Origin: an uncultured Gemmatimonadaceae bacterium
Lineage (GTDB): Bacteria > Gemmatimonadota > Gemmatimonadetes > Gemmatimonadales > Gemmatimonadaceae
Direction of reading: 5' to 3'
Assembly: GCA_963790305.1 (NCBI GenBank)
Contig: CAWBOC010000009.1
Span: 704,001 to 768,000, forward strand
DNA length: 64,000 nucleotides
The notes below the pieces were generated by a model. It made no database searches. It was not told the origin of the DNA and saw nothing but the letters and a program-made list of their open reading frames with translations. This document shows, piece after piece, positions 19,950-29,199 of the stretch (position 1 is its first letter; every line of letters begins with the position of its first letter). Made by a program: the position numbers and the translations under genes.

Positions 19950-20008
19950 GCATAACTAGCCGTCGCAACTGGCGAGCGCGATATTGCAGTTGAACGGCGG
20001 CGTTATGC
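19950..20008 (+). repeat. 59-bp mini-attC (subfamily A with central deletion)
   Basis: GCATAAC-TAGCC-GTCGCAACTGGCGAGCGCGATA / TTGCAGTTGAAC-GGCGGC-GTTATGC. Confidence 0.8.
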
Positions 20009-20033
20009 GACACCCGATCCTCGCGAGGCTGAA

Positions 20034-20534
20034 TTGACATTCGCCCTTGTCGCTACGGTCTGCGCCGGGATTTTCGCGGGGGCCGCGATCTACATCACGT
20101 TCGTCGAGCACCCGGCCCGACTCTCCTGCGGAAACGCGCTCGCCCTCCGCGAATTCGCGCCGAGCTACCGCCGAGCCACGATCATGCAGGCTGTCCTGGC
20201 CATTGTCGGCCTTCTCACCGCCCTCGAGGCGTGGTCGCGGACCCTGGCCCCGGAGCTCCTGATTGGTGGGCTCGCGCTGGGCATCGTCGTGCCCTTCACC
20301 CTCGTGGTTATCGCGCCCACCAATCGGCGACTCCTCGCCGCGGAGCTGAATCCCGAATCCGCGGAGGCCGCCCAGTTGCTTCAACGTTGGGGTCGCCTCC
20401 ATGCGGTGCGTAGCGTGCTCAGCGGCGTGGCGTTCCTCATCCTGCTCCTGTACGTGATGCGAGCCGGGTCGCGACCGTTAGGTGGCGTCATGCCGCAACC
20501 GAATCACCGTTCAGTAGCAGTCTCACGCACTTGA
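20034..20534 (+). CDS. DUF1772 family membrane protein
   Basis: GIFAGAAIYITFVEHPAR...PFTLVVIAPTNRRLL...RWGRLHAVR. Confidence 0.85.
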   Translation: MTFALVATVCAGIFAGAAIYITFVEHPARLSCGNALALREFAPSYRRATIMQAVLAIVGLLTALEAWSRTLAPELLIGGLALGIVVPFTLVVIAPTNRRLLAAELNPESAEAAQLLQRWGRLHAVRSVLSGVAFLILLLYVMRAGSRPLGGVMPQPNHRSVAVSRT

Positions 20535-20543
20535 CTCCCCTCA

Positions 20544-20933
20544 GTGGCTTCTATCATTGATCGTCTGGCCGCCAACATTCCGGCGATTCGTGAGGAATGG
20601 AGAAAGTACCGCGAAGAGGATGAGCTGGGTCGCGGCGATCCCCTTGCACTACAGGCCGAAGAGCTCGCCCAACATGTCTGCGATCTCGTGCGCGACGGGG
20701 GCAGCGCTCAACTCGCCGCTTTCTTTGGTGCGCTCGAGGGCGTCTATCAAGGGTCCCTCAACGACCAGGACTCGAACGCTATGTACGAGGGCTTCATGGA
20801 AGCCTTGATCTACCGGGTCGCGCGGAGTGGAGTGTCGCCAGCACAGATATACGCGGAACTGTCGCCGGTATCGCGCGTCGTGTGGAAGCAGCATTGGCGC
20901 TACATCCACGGTACGGCCTGGGGCAATACCTAA
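20544..20933 (+). CDS. Hypothetical cassette protein
   Basis: Bounded by GTTAGGT (20477) and ACCTAAC (20928), which contains the stop. Confidence 0.7.
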   Translation: MASIIDRLAANIPAIREEWRKYREEDELGRGDPLALQAEELAQHVCDLVRDGGSAQLAAFFGALEGVYQGSLNDQDSNAMYEGFMEALIYRVARSGVSPAQIYAELSPVSRVVWKQHWRYIHGTAWGNT

Positions 20934-20970
20934 CGAGGCGCTGGCGCATTACTTTGACTCGAATTGATCG

Positions 20971-21228
20971 ATGAAGGCATTCTGGCAATACGTCGCATTG
21001 GCCGTCGCGGGGGCAGCACTGATCGCATCGATCTACTATGGACTCGCCGCGAGCCGATTTGTTGCCCCCACCGGCAGAAGGTTTGGCAGATCGACAGCGG
21101 TGTTCTTTACTCGCAAGGCGCCGCACGATTTCACCGGAATCGGCTACCGGCTTTACACCCGTCATGTCGCGGCCCTCGCCATTGCGGTTTCCGCGATGCT
21201 TGTGGGTGCGATCATCGGCCGCGTGTGA
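20971..21228 (+). CDS. Small membrane protein
   Basis: Two TM helices. Confidence 0.6.
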   Translation: MKAFWQYVALAVAGAALIASIYYGLAASRFVAPTGRRFGRSTAVFFTRKAPHDFTGIGYRLYTRHVAALAIAVSAMLVGAIIGRV

Positions 21229-21232
21229 TCGG

Positions 21233-21535
21233 ATGCCGACCTATCGCGTGTTCGTCGAAGGAACAAACCTCCTCATGCGTGACGAGGATCGCGCGGAACC
21301 CCAACGGTTTGGGTTCTACGTGACCCGCTTCATCGACGCCGAGGACTCCGAGCGCGCCGCCGAGAAAGCCCTGACGCTGGTGCGCAACGAGCCCAAGCTC
21401 ATCATGGCCGCGCTCAACTCGGCATACGATCCGCCCGCGTTCCGCGTCGACGAGGTCGAGTGCCTGGCGCCCGACGAGCACGCGCCCGCGATTCCTCCAG
21501 GCTTCGCGTTCTTTCTGGTCTCTCCCGACGGGTAG
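21233..21535 (+). CDS. Hypothetical protein
   Basis: MPTYRVFVEGTN...GFYVTRFIDA...PPGFAFF. Confidence 0.7.
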   Translation: MPTYRVFVEGTNLLMRDEDRAEPQRFGFYVTRFIDAEDSERAAEKALTLVRNEPKLIMAALNSAYDPPAFRVDEVECLAPDEHAPAIPPGFAFFLVSPDG

Positions 21536-21648
21536 ATCGAGAAAGGCGCGATGTTCAAGCCTTCAGACGCCGCCCGGCGGGCACGGTAAGCATCGCACTT
21601 GCGCGAGCTCGAGGAGCGTAATCGTCAGGCACCACGCCTAGAAAAGAC

Positions 21649-22035
21649 ATGGATAGAGAGACTCACTGGCACGTCTCCGTTTTCCACGGCGCACACGCGC
21701 GCTTTTCGCCGGGCCTCGTTCTGCTCCTCATGCCCGATGCGACCTGGGAAGTTTGCGACGAGGCCGGAGAGATCGGGCCCGCGGGCGCCGCGTATGGAAC
21801 CTGGCCGTCAGAGCGGGCCGCATGTCAGGAGGCGCTGCGCCTGCTGCGGTCGCGCTTCGGAGAAGGGACGCTTCCCTGTTGGGGCGCTGGCGCACCTGAC
21901 CGTGCCCTCGCCGAACTCGGGTATAACCGGGGTCGCGTGCGCTGGCGCTGGTGGCCGCCCGGCCTTACGAATACGGGGCAGCTGCCGGTGGGACCGGATG
22001 GGACACCCGCACCGTCTGCACCGCGGAGAGCCTAA
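21649..22035 (+). CDS. Hypothetical protein
   Basis: Stop within GCCTAAC (R''-like). Confidence 0.55.
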   Translation: MDRETHWHVSVFHGAHARFSPGLVLLLMPDATWEVCDEAGEIGPAGAAYGTWPSERAACQEALRLLRSRFGEGTLPCWGAGAPDRALAELGYNRGRVRWRWWPPGLTNTGQLPVGPDGTPAPSAPRRA

Positions 22036-22043
22036 CGCACACT

Positions 22044-22466
22044 ATGCGAGATATAGCTCGGTCCGCCTGGGTGCTCCTCGCAGGGGCCATTGCCGCGTGC
22101 ACTACAGAACCAGGCTGCGATATCTGCACCACGTCCGCCGTCGTCTACGGCACCGTGACGACCGACCTCGGATCTCCCATCCATGGAGCGCGCGTTCACG
22201 TCGAAGCGTTCCCCAATACCTGTGGCGGGGCGTTCGTGGCCGGGGGGTCAACGGTGCCTGTGCTCACCGCCGCTGACGGGTCCTACCGCGATCGCCCGTC
22301 TGCGATCGTTGCACCCTTCCACGCCTGCCTGCGTGTGATCGTCACGCCCCCGCCTGCCTCCGGACTGAGCCCGCGAACGGTCGACGGTGCCGAGGTAGAG
22401 TTCCTGAGTGACTACAGAGGACGAGACCGCGATAGCGTACGCGTCGATGTCTCGCTGTCACTCTAA
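22044..22466 (+). CDS. Lipoprotein with carboxypeptidase-regulatory-like beta domain
   Basis: AIAAC lipobox; VVYGTVT...PIHGARV...TAADGSY. Confidence 0.65.
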   Translation: MRDIARSAWVLLAGAIAACTTEPGCDICTTSAVVYGTVTTDLGSPIHGARVHVEAFPNTCGGAFVAGGSTVPVLTAADGSYRDRPSAIVAPFHACLRVIVTPPPASGLSPRTVDGAEVEFLSDYRGRDRDSVRVDVSLSL

Positions 22467-22837
22467 CGCGGCACCTTTGCCAGGGTCGCCGCGACGACCG
22501 CCAGGAAATCCTTGTAGTCGAGCGGCTTCGCGACGTATCCGTCGCAGCCGGCGGCGAGAATGCGCTGCTCGTCACCTTTCATCGCCAACGCGGTGAGCGC
22601 AATGATGGGAATGTCGCTCGTCGCCTCGTCGGCTTTCAGCAAGGCCGTCGCCTGAAGTCCATCCATCCCGGGAAGCTGGATATCCATCAGGATCAGGTCG
22701 GGATGCTGCTCGCGGGCAAGCGTCAATCCTGTTTCCGCATTCGTCGCCGCCACCACCGTATAGTCGGCCGACTCGAGCAGGAACGTCGACAGCTTCATGT
22801 TCGTCGCGTTGTCCTCGACGATCAGGATCGTGGCCAT
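22463..22837 (-). CDS. Single-domain response regulator (DivK-like)
   Basis: ILIVEDN, PDLILMDIQLPGMDG, ALTALAMKGD, YVAKP. Confidence 0.92.
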   Translation of the reverse strand: MATILIVEDNATNMKLSTFLLESADYTVVAATNAETGLTLAREQHPDLILMDIQLPGMDGLQATALLKADEATSDIPIIALTALAMKGDEQRILAAGCDGYVAKPLDYKDFLAVVAATLAKVPR

Positions 22838-22838
22838 G

Positions 22839-25748
22839 TCAGGCAGCCACCGCGCAGCTGGCCATCGCGCGCCGGACCTCGCCCATGAAGCGCTTTCCGT
22901 CGAAGCCCGCCTTGTCCATGATCGCGGATACGAAGCCATTCAGCCGCGCGCGGTCGGCCTCCGAGATCGCTGAGGCCGTGACCACGACGATGGGAATGAG
23001 CGCGGTGGCAAGATTTTCGTGTAACGCCTCGACCACCTCGAAGCCGTTCACTTCCGGCATCAGCAGATCGAGCACGATCAGGTCCGGCACCTCGCGCTGG
23101 GCCATGTCAATGGCCTCACGCCCGCCGTACGCGCGAAGAACTGTGTTCGCGAATCCCGCAATGCGAACCGCGATCAGCTCCACCGCCTTGGGATCGTCGT
23201 CCACGATGAGCACTTTGACCGACCGGTCCCCAGAATTGAGCGACAGGCCAAGCCCGACCAGACAGTCCGACAACTCCTGGCGCGACACCGGCGACTGCAT
23301 AACCGCGGCGGCGCCGAGGGCGAAGCCCTTCGTCGGGTCGGCGAGTATGGAGATGATCACGACCGGGACGAGCCGCATCGCGGGAATGTCCTTGAGACGC
23401 TGGAGGAACGTCCAGCCATCCATGCCGGACATCATGATGTCGAGCGTGATGAGGGCCAGAGGCTCCCGCTCGGCGATCGCTAGCGCTGCGTCCTGATTTT
23501 CGGCGTGCAGCACCTTGAAGCCCTCGGCCTCCAGCTGAACGCGAATCAGCTCGGCGGATTTGTAGTTGCTTTCCACCACCAGTGCCGACCGCGATCCACC
23601 GAGTCTCTCGACCGTTGGGGGGGCCGTCGTCTCCAGTTGGGGCCTCTCCGCGATCAGCGGCTCACGCATCGGAATCCACACGGTAAAACAGGAGCCCTTA
23701 CTGACGGCGCTCTCTACCGCCACTGCTCCGCCGTGCAGGTCCACCAGCAGCTTCACCATGGCCAATCCCAGACCCGTTCCCTCGAACTTCCGGGCCAGCC
23801 CGCTGTCGACCTGGCTGAAGGGCTTGAAGAGATGTTCGAGCCCTTCTGGGGAAATTCCGATGCCGTTGTCGCAGACGCTGACTTTGAGGAATTCCGAGAA
23901 GTCGCTCTCGACGAGTGGGAACGTCAGGCCGGGCCAGAGGCCGGGAAGGACACCGACATCGGCGCGCGACACCTTGTCGGCCGTCAGGATGACGTCGCCA
24001 CCTTCGGCGGTGAATTTGACCGCGTTGGAGAGCAGGTTGTAGACGATCTGCTTGATCTTGCGCGCATCGGCATTCATGAAGCCGAGTCGATCGGGGCCGC
24101 GCATGTCCAGTCGAACATGTCGTGCCGCCGCCTGTCCCTTGACGATCGACAGGCTGTTCCTCAGCAGCGAGGAGAGGTCCACCGGGTCGAGATCGAGCAG
24201 CATCTTCCCTGCTTCGACCTTCGACAGGTCGAGGATGTCGTTGATGAGCGAGAGCAGATGCTTGCCACTCTTGAAGATGTCGCCGATGAACCTGCGCTGC
24301 TTGTCCGTCATGTCGCCCAGCAGCCCATCGCTGAGTACTTCTGAGAACCCGATGATCGCGTTCAACGGAGTCCGAAGCTCGTGCGACATGTTGGCGAGGA
24401 ACTCCGACTTCATGCGGCTGGCGTCTTCCAGCTCGACGTTCTTCTGCTGAAGCGCTTGCTCGATGCGCTTCAGCTCCGTGACATCGCGCGCAGCAGCGAA
24501 CACGCCTTGCAGGCGGCGATCGCGATCGTGGAAGGTGGTGGCGTTGTAGGACACCACCGTCAGCGTGCCGTCCCTGGCCCGCGCGGTCAGCTCGTAGTTG
24601 GTGACTTTTCCTTCATTGAGTACACGATTGATGCCCGCTTCGGCGCGCGCGGCATCGGTGAAGTAGTTCTTGAATGGCGCGCCGATCAGCTCGTCGCGCG
24701 TGCACCCGGTCAACGCTTCCATCTGCTTGTTGACATCGGTGATGATCCCCCGCGGGTCGGTGGTCATCAGCGCATCGATGTTGCTCTCGAGCAGCGAGCG
24801 CGTGTAGAAGTGCTGATCGCGCAACCGCTGGTCGAGCTTCATGCGCTCGTCTTCGATTTGCTTGCGCGCCGTGTTGTCCGTGCCGATGAGCAGATATCCG
24901 ATGATGGCGTCGTCCACATCGCGAAGGGCCGTCACCGAGACCACGGCGGGGAACCGGCTTCCGTCCTTGCGAATGTAGGTGAGCTCGTAGATGTCTTCGA
25001 TACCGCGAGACGCCTTGAACACCAGCGCTTCGAAGCCCGGTGTGATCTCCGTTCCGAGCTCGACACTCAACGCCTTCGCGCGCGCGATGACTTCCTGTGG
25101 ATCGGAGATGTCCGCCGGGGTGATCTTGTTCATCACGTCAGCGGCGGCATATCCGAGCATACGTTCCGCGCCCACGTTGAAGATCTGGATCACGCCCGCA
25201 GCATCGGTGGCGATACTCGAGAAGTTGGCACTGTTGAAGATCGCGCTCTGGAGTGCGCCGGCCTTGAGGAGTGCCGCTTCGGCCTGCTTGCGCGCCGTGT
25301 TGTCGGTGCCGATGAGGAGGTACCCGATGATGACATCCTCCGCATCGCGCAGCGCCGTCACGGACAGGACCGCCGGGAAGCGGCTTCCGTCCTTGCGAAT
25401 GAGCGTCAGCTCATAGATGTCTTCGATGCCGCGGGATGCCTTGAAAACGAGCGCCTCGAAGCCCGGTGTGATCGTCGTTCCCAACTCGGCACTCAGCGCT
25501 TTGGCGCGCGCGATGACCTCTTGCGGATCGGAGATGTCCGCGGGCGTGATCGTATTCATCACTTCAGCGGCGGTGTAGCCGAGCATACGCTCGGCGCCGA
25601 CGTTGAAGATCTGAATGACGCCCCTGGCGTCGGTGGCGATGCTGGAGAAGTTGGCGCTATTGAAAATGGCGCTCTGTAGCGCGCCGGTCGGCAGGAGCGC
25701 TTCAGTGGGCCGAACGTCGAGACGAGTCGGGCGCTGGGCAGCGAGCAT
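22839..25748 (-). CDS. Hybrid sensor histidine kinase (3 PAS, HisKA, HATPase, 2 REC)
   Basis: FLANMSHELRTPLNAIIGF, NLLSNAVKFT, GTGLGL, two receiver domains. Confidence 0.93.
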   Translation of the reverse strand: MLAAQRPTRLDVRPTEALLPTGALQSAIFNSANFSSIATDARGVIQIFNVGAERMLGYTAAEVMNTITPADISDPQEVIARAKALSAELGTTITPGFEALVFKASRGIEDIYELTLIRKDGSRFPAVLSVTALRDAEDVIIGYLLIGTDNTARKQAEAALLKAGALQSAIFNSANFSSIATDAAGVIQIFNVGAERMLGYAAADVMNKITPADISDPQEVIARAKALSVELGTEITPGFEALVFKASRGIEDIYELTYIRKDGSRFPAVVSVTALRDVDDAIIGYLLIGTDNTARKQIEDERMKLDQRLRDQHFYTRSLLESNIDALMTTDPRGIITDVNKQMEALTGCTRDELIGAPFKNYFTDAARAEAGINRVLNEGKVTNYELTARARDGTLTVVSYNATTFHDRDRRLQGVFAAARDVTELKRIEQALQQKNVELEDASRMKSEFLANMSHELRTPLNAIIGFSEVLSDGLLGDMTDKQRRFIGDIFKSGKHLLSLINDILDLSKVEAGKMLLDLDPVDLSSLLRNSLSIVKGQAAARHVRLDMRGPDRLGFMNADARKIKQIVYNLLSNAVKFTAEGGDVILTADKVSRADVGVLPGLWPGLTFPLVESDFSEFLKVSVCDNGIGISPEGLEHLFKPFSQVDSGLARKFEGTGLGLAMVKLLVDLHGGAVAVESAVSKGSCFTVWIPMREPLIAERPQLETTAPPTVERLGGSRSALVVESNYKSAELIRVQLEAEGFKVLHAENQDAALAIAEREPLALITLDIMMSGMDGWTFLQRLKDIPAMRLVPVVIISILADPTKGFALGAAAVMQSPVSRQELSDCLVGLGLSLNSGDRSVKVLIVDDDPKAVELIAVRIAGFANTVLRAYGGREAIDMAQREVPDLIVLDLLMPEVNGFEVVEALHENLATALIPIVVVTASAISEADRARLNGFVSAIMDKAGFDGKRFMGEVRRAMASCAVAA

Positions 25749-25967
25749 AGTGTCCTCGGTTCACCGTTCCCGTACTTAGCGGCTCCGACACGGGCCGCCG
25801 CGAGAATCACTCGAGGGGAAAGGCTCGGAAAGCGTGGTCAGCGGCGATGGTGCGCTGACAATAAGGCAGGGTTTCTACGGTGAAACCCTGCAAGGACTCG
25901 GCCGTGACCGGCTGCCGCCCTCGTGTTACAGTAGTCATCCCGTTCGACTTCCTGACAGGGACCGCCG

Positions 25968-26240
25968 ATGATTGCGCTACGGAATGTCAGCAAGCAATTC
26001 GCGACGGTCTGCGCCGTAGATGGGGCCTCATTCGAGGTCCGGCGAAACGAGATCTTTGCGCTGCTCGGCCCCAACGGAGCGGGAAAGACGACGCTGCTGC
26101 GGATGCTTCTCGGGCTGATTCACCCTGACGGCGGCCGCATTGAGTTCTCCGGCGACGGCGGGCGACCACCCGCTCCCCGCGAGACGGGATACGCGGCGGT
26201 GGATGGCAGAACGAGCGCGGTAGCCATGCGCCGCTGCTGA
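25968..26240 (+). pseudogene. Truncated ABC transporter ATPase
   Basis: Walker A GPNGAGKTT, then ends at 90 aa with no signature or Walker B. Confidence 0.75.
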
Positions 26241-26247
26241 GGAACTC

Positions 26248-26778
26248 GTGGCACTCGTGGTTCTGCTGAGAGGGGTCAACGTCGGAGGGCACAGAACCTT
26301 CCGACCCACAACGCTCGTGCAGCAACTGAAGCACCTCGACGCCGTCAACATCGGCGCCGCGGGCACCTTCGTGATCCGCCGGCGGGTGACCCGAGCACAA
26401 CTCCGTGACGAGTTGGCGCGCAGGCTTCCGTTCGATGCCGAGATCATGATCTGCAAGGGCCGGGAGATCGTCAGGCTGATCTCCGCCAATCACTTCGCCG
26501 ACGAGCCGGTAGGGCCGGACATCGTCCGTTTCGTAAGTGTCCTGTCCAAGCGCCCGCGCTCGGCGCCGCCTATGCCGGTGAGGTTTCCTTCCAGCGGCAA
26601 GTGGCTGCTGAAGATACTGGCGATGGAAGGCCGGTTCGTCCTCGGCCTGTATCGGCGCCACATGAAAGTCATCGGCTACCTCGGCACGCTCGACCGGCTC
26701 TTCGGAGTTCCGGCCACGACGCGCAACTGGAATACCATCACCGCGATCGCTAAAGTGTTAGGCAAGGCTTCGACCTGA
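26248..26778 (+). CDS. DUF1697 family protein
   Basis: VVLLRGVNVGGH...TTRNWNTI. Confidence 0.88.
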   Translation: MALVVLLRGVNVGGHRTFRPTTLVQQLKHLDAVNIGAAGTFVIRRRVTRAQLRDELARRLPFDAEIMICKGREIVRLISANHFADEPVGPDIVRFVSVLSKRPRSAPPMPVRFPSSGKWLLKILAMEGRFVLGLYRRHMKVIGYLGTLDRLFGVPATTRNWNTITAIAKVLGKAST

Positions 26779-26810
26779 TGCAGCGCGTACCTTTCAGGAG
26801 GAATTGACCG

Positions 26811-27326
26811 ATGCCCCTCGCCCGTTCACGCCTCCACGCTCGCCGCAGCGAGCTCACACGCGCGCACGGCCCGCTCAACCTGGTGCCGCTGGTCGACATT
26901 CTCACGGCGATCGTCTTCTTCAGCCTGCTGAGCGCCGTCTCCCTTCGGAGCGCGCTCGCCAGCTTCGACCTGGTCGCGCCGCCCGCGGCAACAGACCTCG
27001 CAGGCGGGACCGACGCGACGACCCTGAGCGCGGACCTCGTCGTGCGCGTCGATCATGAGCAACTCGTCGTGCGACATGGCGACCTGGAGACAGTGATCAC
27101 TCGAGCGAACGAACGCGACGAGACGGCGTTCGCCCGCCTGCGGCAGAGCCTCACAACCCTCACCCAAACTCTTGGCCGGCGCGCGGTCGTTTCCGTCGTG
27201 CCCTCGGACGACGTGTCGTACGACGACGTCGTCCGCGTGCTCGAGCAGGTACAGCACGTGGAGCCCAGGGCCGTGGCGCTCGGAGCACGCGCACGGGTGC
27301 CAGTCAGTGGGGCGTTTGCTCACTAG
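26811..27326 (+). CDS. ExbD/TolR family protein
   Basis: LNLVPLVDILTAIVFF...SYDDVVRVLE. Confidence 0.8.
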   Translation: MPLARSRLHARRSELTRAHGPLNLVPLVDILTAIVFFSLLSAVSLRSALASFDLVAPPAATDLAGGTDATTLSADLVVRVDHEQLVVRHGDLETVITRANERDETAFARLRQSLTTLTQTLGRRAVVSVVPSDDVSYDDVVRVLEQVQHVEPRAVALGARARVPVSGAFAH

Positions 27327-27330
27327 CCAA

Positions 27331-27561
27331 ATGTCCATTCGCGACCGAGAGATGCCGACGCCGATGTATTGGAGCGTGACCGTCCTCGGATTCATATCCC
27401 TAGGCCTCGCAATCGCGACCACGGTTGCGCTCGTCCAGGACGGCGGGGGTTGGCGAATGGCCTTGCTGGCCGCCGGGCTGTACGCGGCCTCGGTTGACTT
27501 CCTTTACGCCGCCTTTGGTCCTACCGGCCACTGGCCCATCGTCCTCTGGTTCTGGCCGTAA
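27331..27561 (+). CDS. Small membrane protein
   Basis: Hydrophobic ORF following exbD-like gene. Confidence 0.5.
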   Translation: MSIRDREMPTPMYWSVTVLGFISLGLAIATTVALVQDGGGWRMALLAAGLYAASVDFLYAAFGPTGHWPIVLWFWP

Positions 27562-27761
27562 CGGGGCTCCCGACGCCGCTTATAGGGGCAGTCAGGTAGC
27601 TGTACTCGGCCGGATCGGGGCACCCCCGAGCGCGGATTGGGCTCTCCAACACGCGATTTCTGGCTTGATTGATCGCGATACCGACTAGAATTCGTGACGT
27701 AGGTGACAGCGGGAGCGCCCAGCCGCTGATATCGATCCGGACCCCAAACAGGATGTTTGTC

Positions 27762-28265
27762 ATGGCAATCTGGAAAGAGCCCACCAGCCCCAACAAGGAA
27801 TCCACGATGACGAGCCCCGAGCCCTCGGTGAAGAGAGAGCCCGATTACCCCGCAGACGTTGCTCCCTCGACGGCTCGGCGAACGGCTCCGCGTGAGGCCA
27901 GGGAGTCGATCATCTCGTCCGAGATCACCATCACCGGCAAGATCGACGGCACCGGCTCGGTTCGACTCATTGGCCGATTCGAGGGCGATGTGCACATTCA
28001 GGGCGATCTGACCGTGGACGCCGGCGCCAAGCTCACCGGCAGCGTTCGCGCCGCTTCCGTGGCGATCGGTGGAGAGATCGAGGGCAACATCGAGAGCGCC
28101 GAAAGTGTGGAGATTCTCTCCACGGGAGTCCTCAACGGCGATCTCAAGGCCGGAACACTGACGGTCGCCTCCGGCTCGCGCATGCGGGGACGCGTGGAGT
28201 TCGGCTGGGGTGACGAAGCAACCTCGAAGTCCTCGCTGACGCTGGCGAATCGTCACGCGTCGTGA
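27762..28265 (+). CDS. Bactofilin (polymer-forming cytoskeletal protein)
   Basis: SIISSEITITGKIDG-GSVRLIGRFEGDV...G-IEGNI...GVLNGDL. Confidence 0.9.
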   Translation: MAIWKEPTSPNKESTMTSPEPSVKREPDYPADVAPSTARRTAPREARESIISSEITITGKIDGTGSVRLIGRFEGDVHIQGDLTVDAGAKLTGSVRAASVAIGGEIEGNIESAESVEILSTGVLNGDLKAGTLTVASGSRMRGRVEFGWGDEATSKSSLTLANRHAS

Positions 28266-28642
28266 GCACCGTTCGGAGGACTCCGGCGGGTGCGACTCGC
28301 ACCTGCCCTCACTGCCGAGCAGTGATCCTGCAAAGCACGAGCGTGTGTCCTTCGTGCCGGAAGCACCTTCGATTCGCGGCTGCGGGTGGGGACGCCGTCG
28401 TCCCCACCTTCTCCCCCCTTCGTGTGGAAGGCTCGATTCGCCATCCGAATGCGGGGGAGGCGTGGGAATACGCGGTGATGGTGTCGATTACGAATGACCG
28501 CGGCGTCGAGGTGACGCGCCAGATCGTGGGCGTCGGGGCGATCAAGCCGGGAGAGATTCGCAACTTCACGTTCGCCGTCGAGGTGTTCGCGCCAGAAGGA
28601 GCGGCGGTGGCCGAGCCGGAGAAGAGCGCGACGCATTGGTGA
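28262..28642 (+). CDS. Zinc-ribbon hypothetical protein
   Basis: CPHC...CPSC; coupled to the bactofilin gene. Confidence 0.75.
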   Translation: MSTVRRTPAGATRTCPHCRAVILQSTSVCPSCRKHLRFAAAGGDAVVPTFSPLRVEGSIRHPNAGEAWEYAVMVSITNDRGVEVTRQIVGVGAIKPGEIRNFTFAVEVFAPEGAAVAEPEKSATHW

Positions 28643-29199
28643 CTCGCGCGACGCTCCTCGAGTCGCTTTCCTCTGAAGAACGAGATGTCGCGGAGTTCTT
28701 CCGCTCGCTGTCGCGAGAGGAATTCGTGCTTCGCGTCGCCGACGCCTGGACGCCGGCCGAGCATCTTCAGCACCTGAACATTGCGGTGAGCGCGGTGGCG
28801 CGAGGGCTTTCGATCTGGCCCTGGATCCTCCGCCTCCGGTTTGGACGAGCCCGCCGACCCTCGCGCTCGTTTGCCGAGCTGCGCGATGATTACCGCGACC
28901 GGCTCGCACGCGGAGGCCGAGCGAGCGGCCGGTTTGTCCCGCCACGAGAGGAGCTCACGCCGGAACAGATCGCCAGCCGTCAAGCGCAGCTCCTGGCTCG
29001 GTGGCAGCGGGTGAACGCGAGGCTCGTCGCGTCGCTCGAGCGCTGGACCGATCGTAACCTCGACCGCATCCGGCTTCCTCACCCCATTCTTGGGAAGATC
29101 ACGGCGCAGGAAATGGTGTTCTTCACCATTTACCATGGCCACCACCACATTGCTGCGGCAAAGGGCCGACTACCGCGTTTCAGTCAGGCAGGAGCCTAA
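28636..29199 (+). CDS. DinB family protein
   Basis: WTPAEHLQHL...LPHPILGKIT--EMVFFTIYHGHHH. Confidence 0.85.
   Translation: MVTRATLLESLSSEERDVAEFFRSLSREEFVLRVADAWTPAEHLQHLNIAVSAVARGLSIWPWILRLRFGRARRPSRSFAELRDDYRDRLARGGRASGRFVPPREELTPEQIASRQAQLLARWQRVNARLVASLERWTDRNLDRIRLPHPILGKITAQEMVFFTIYHGHHHIAAAKGRLPRFSQAGA

Noticed and set aside
26757..26763. GTTAGGC as an attC core
   Set aside because: Lies inside the DUF1697 coding region with no attC body; compatible with chance.
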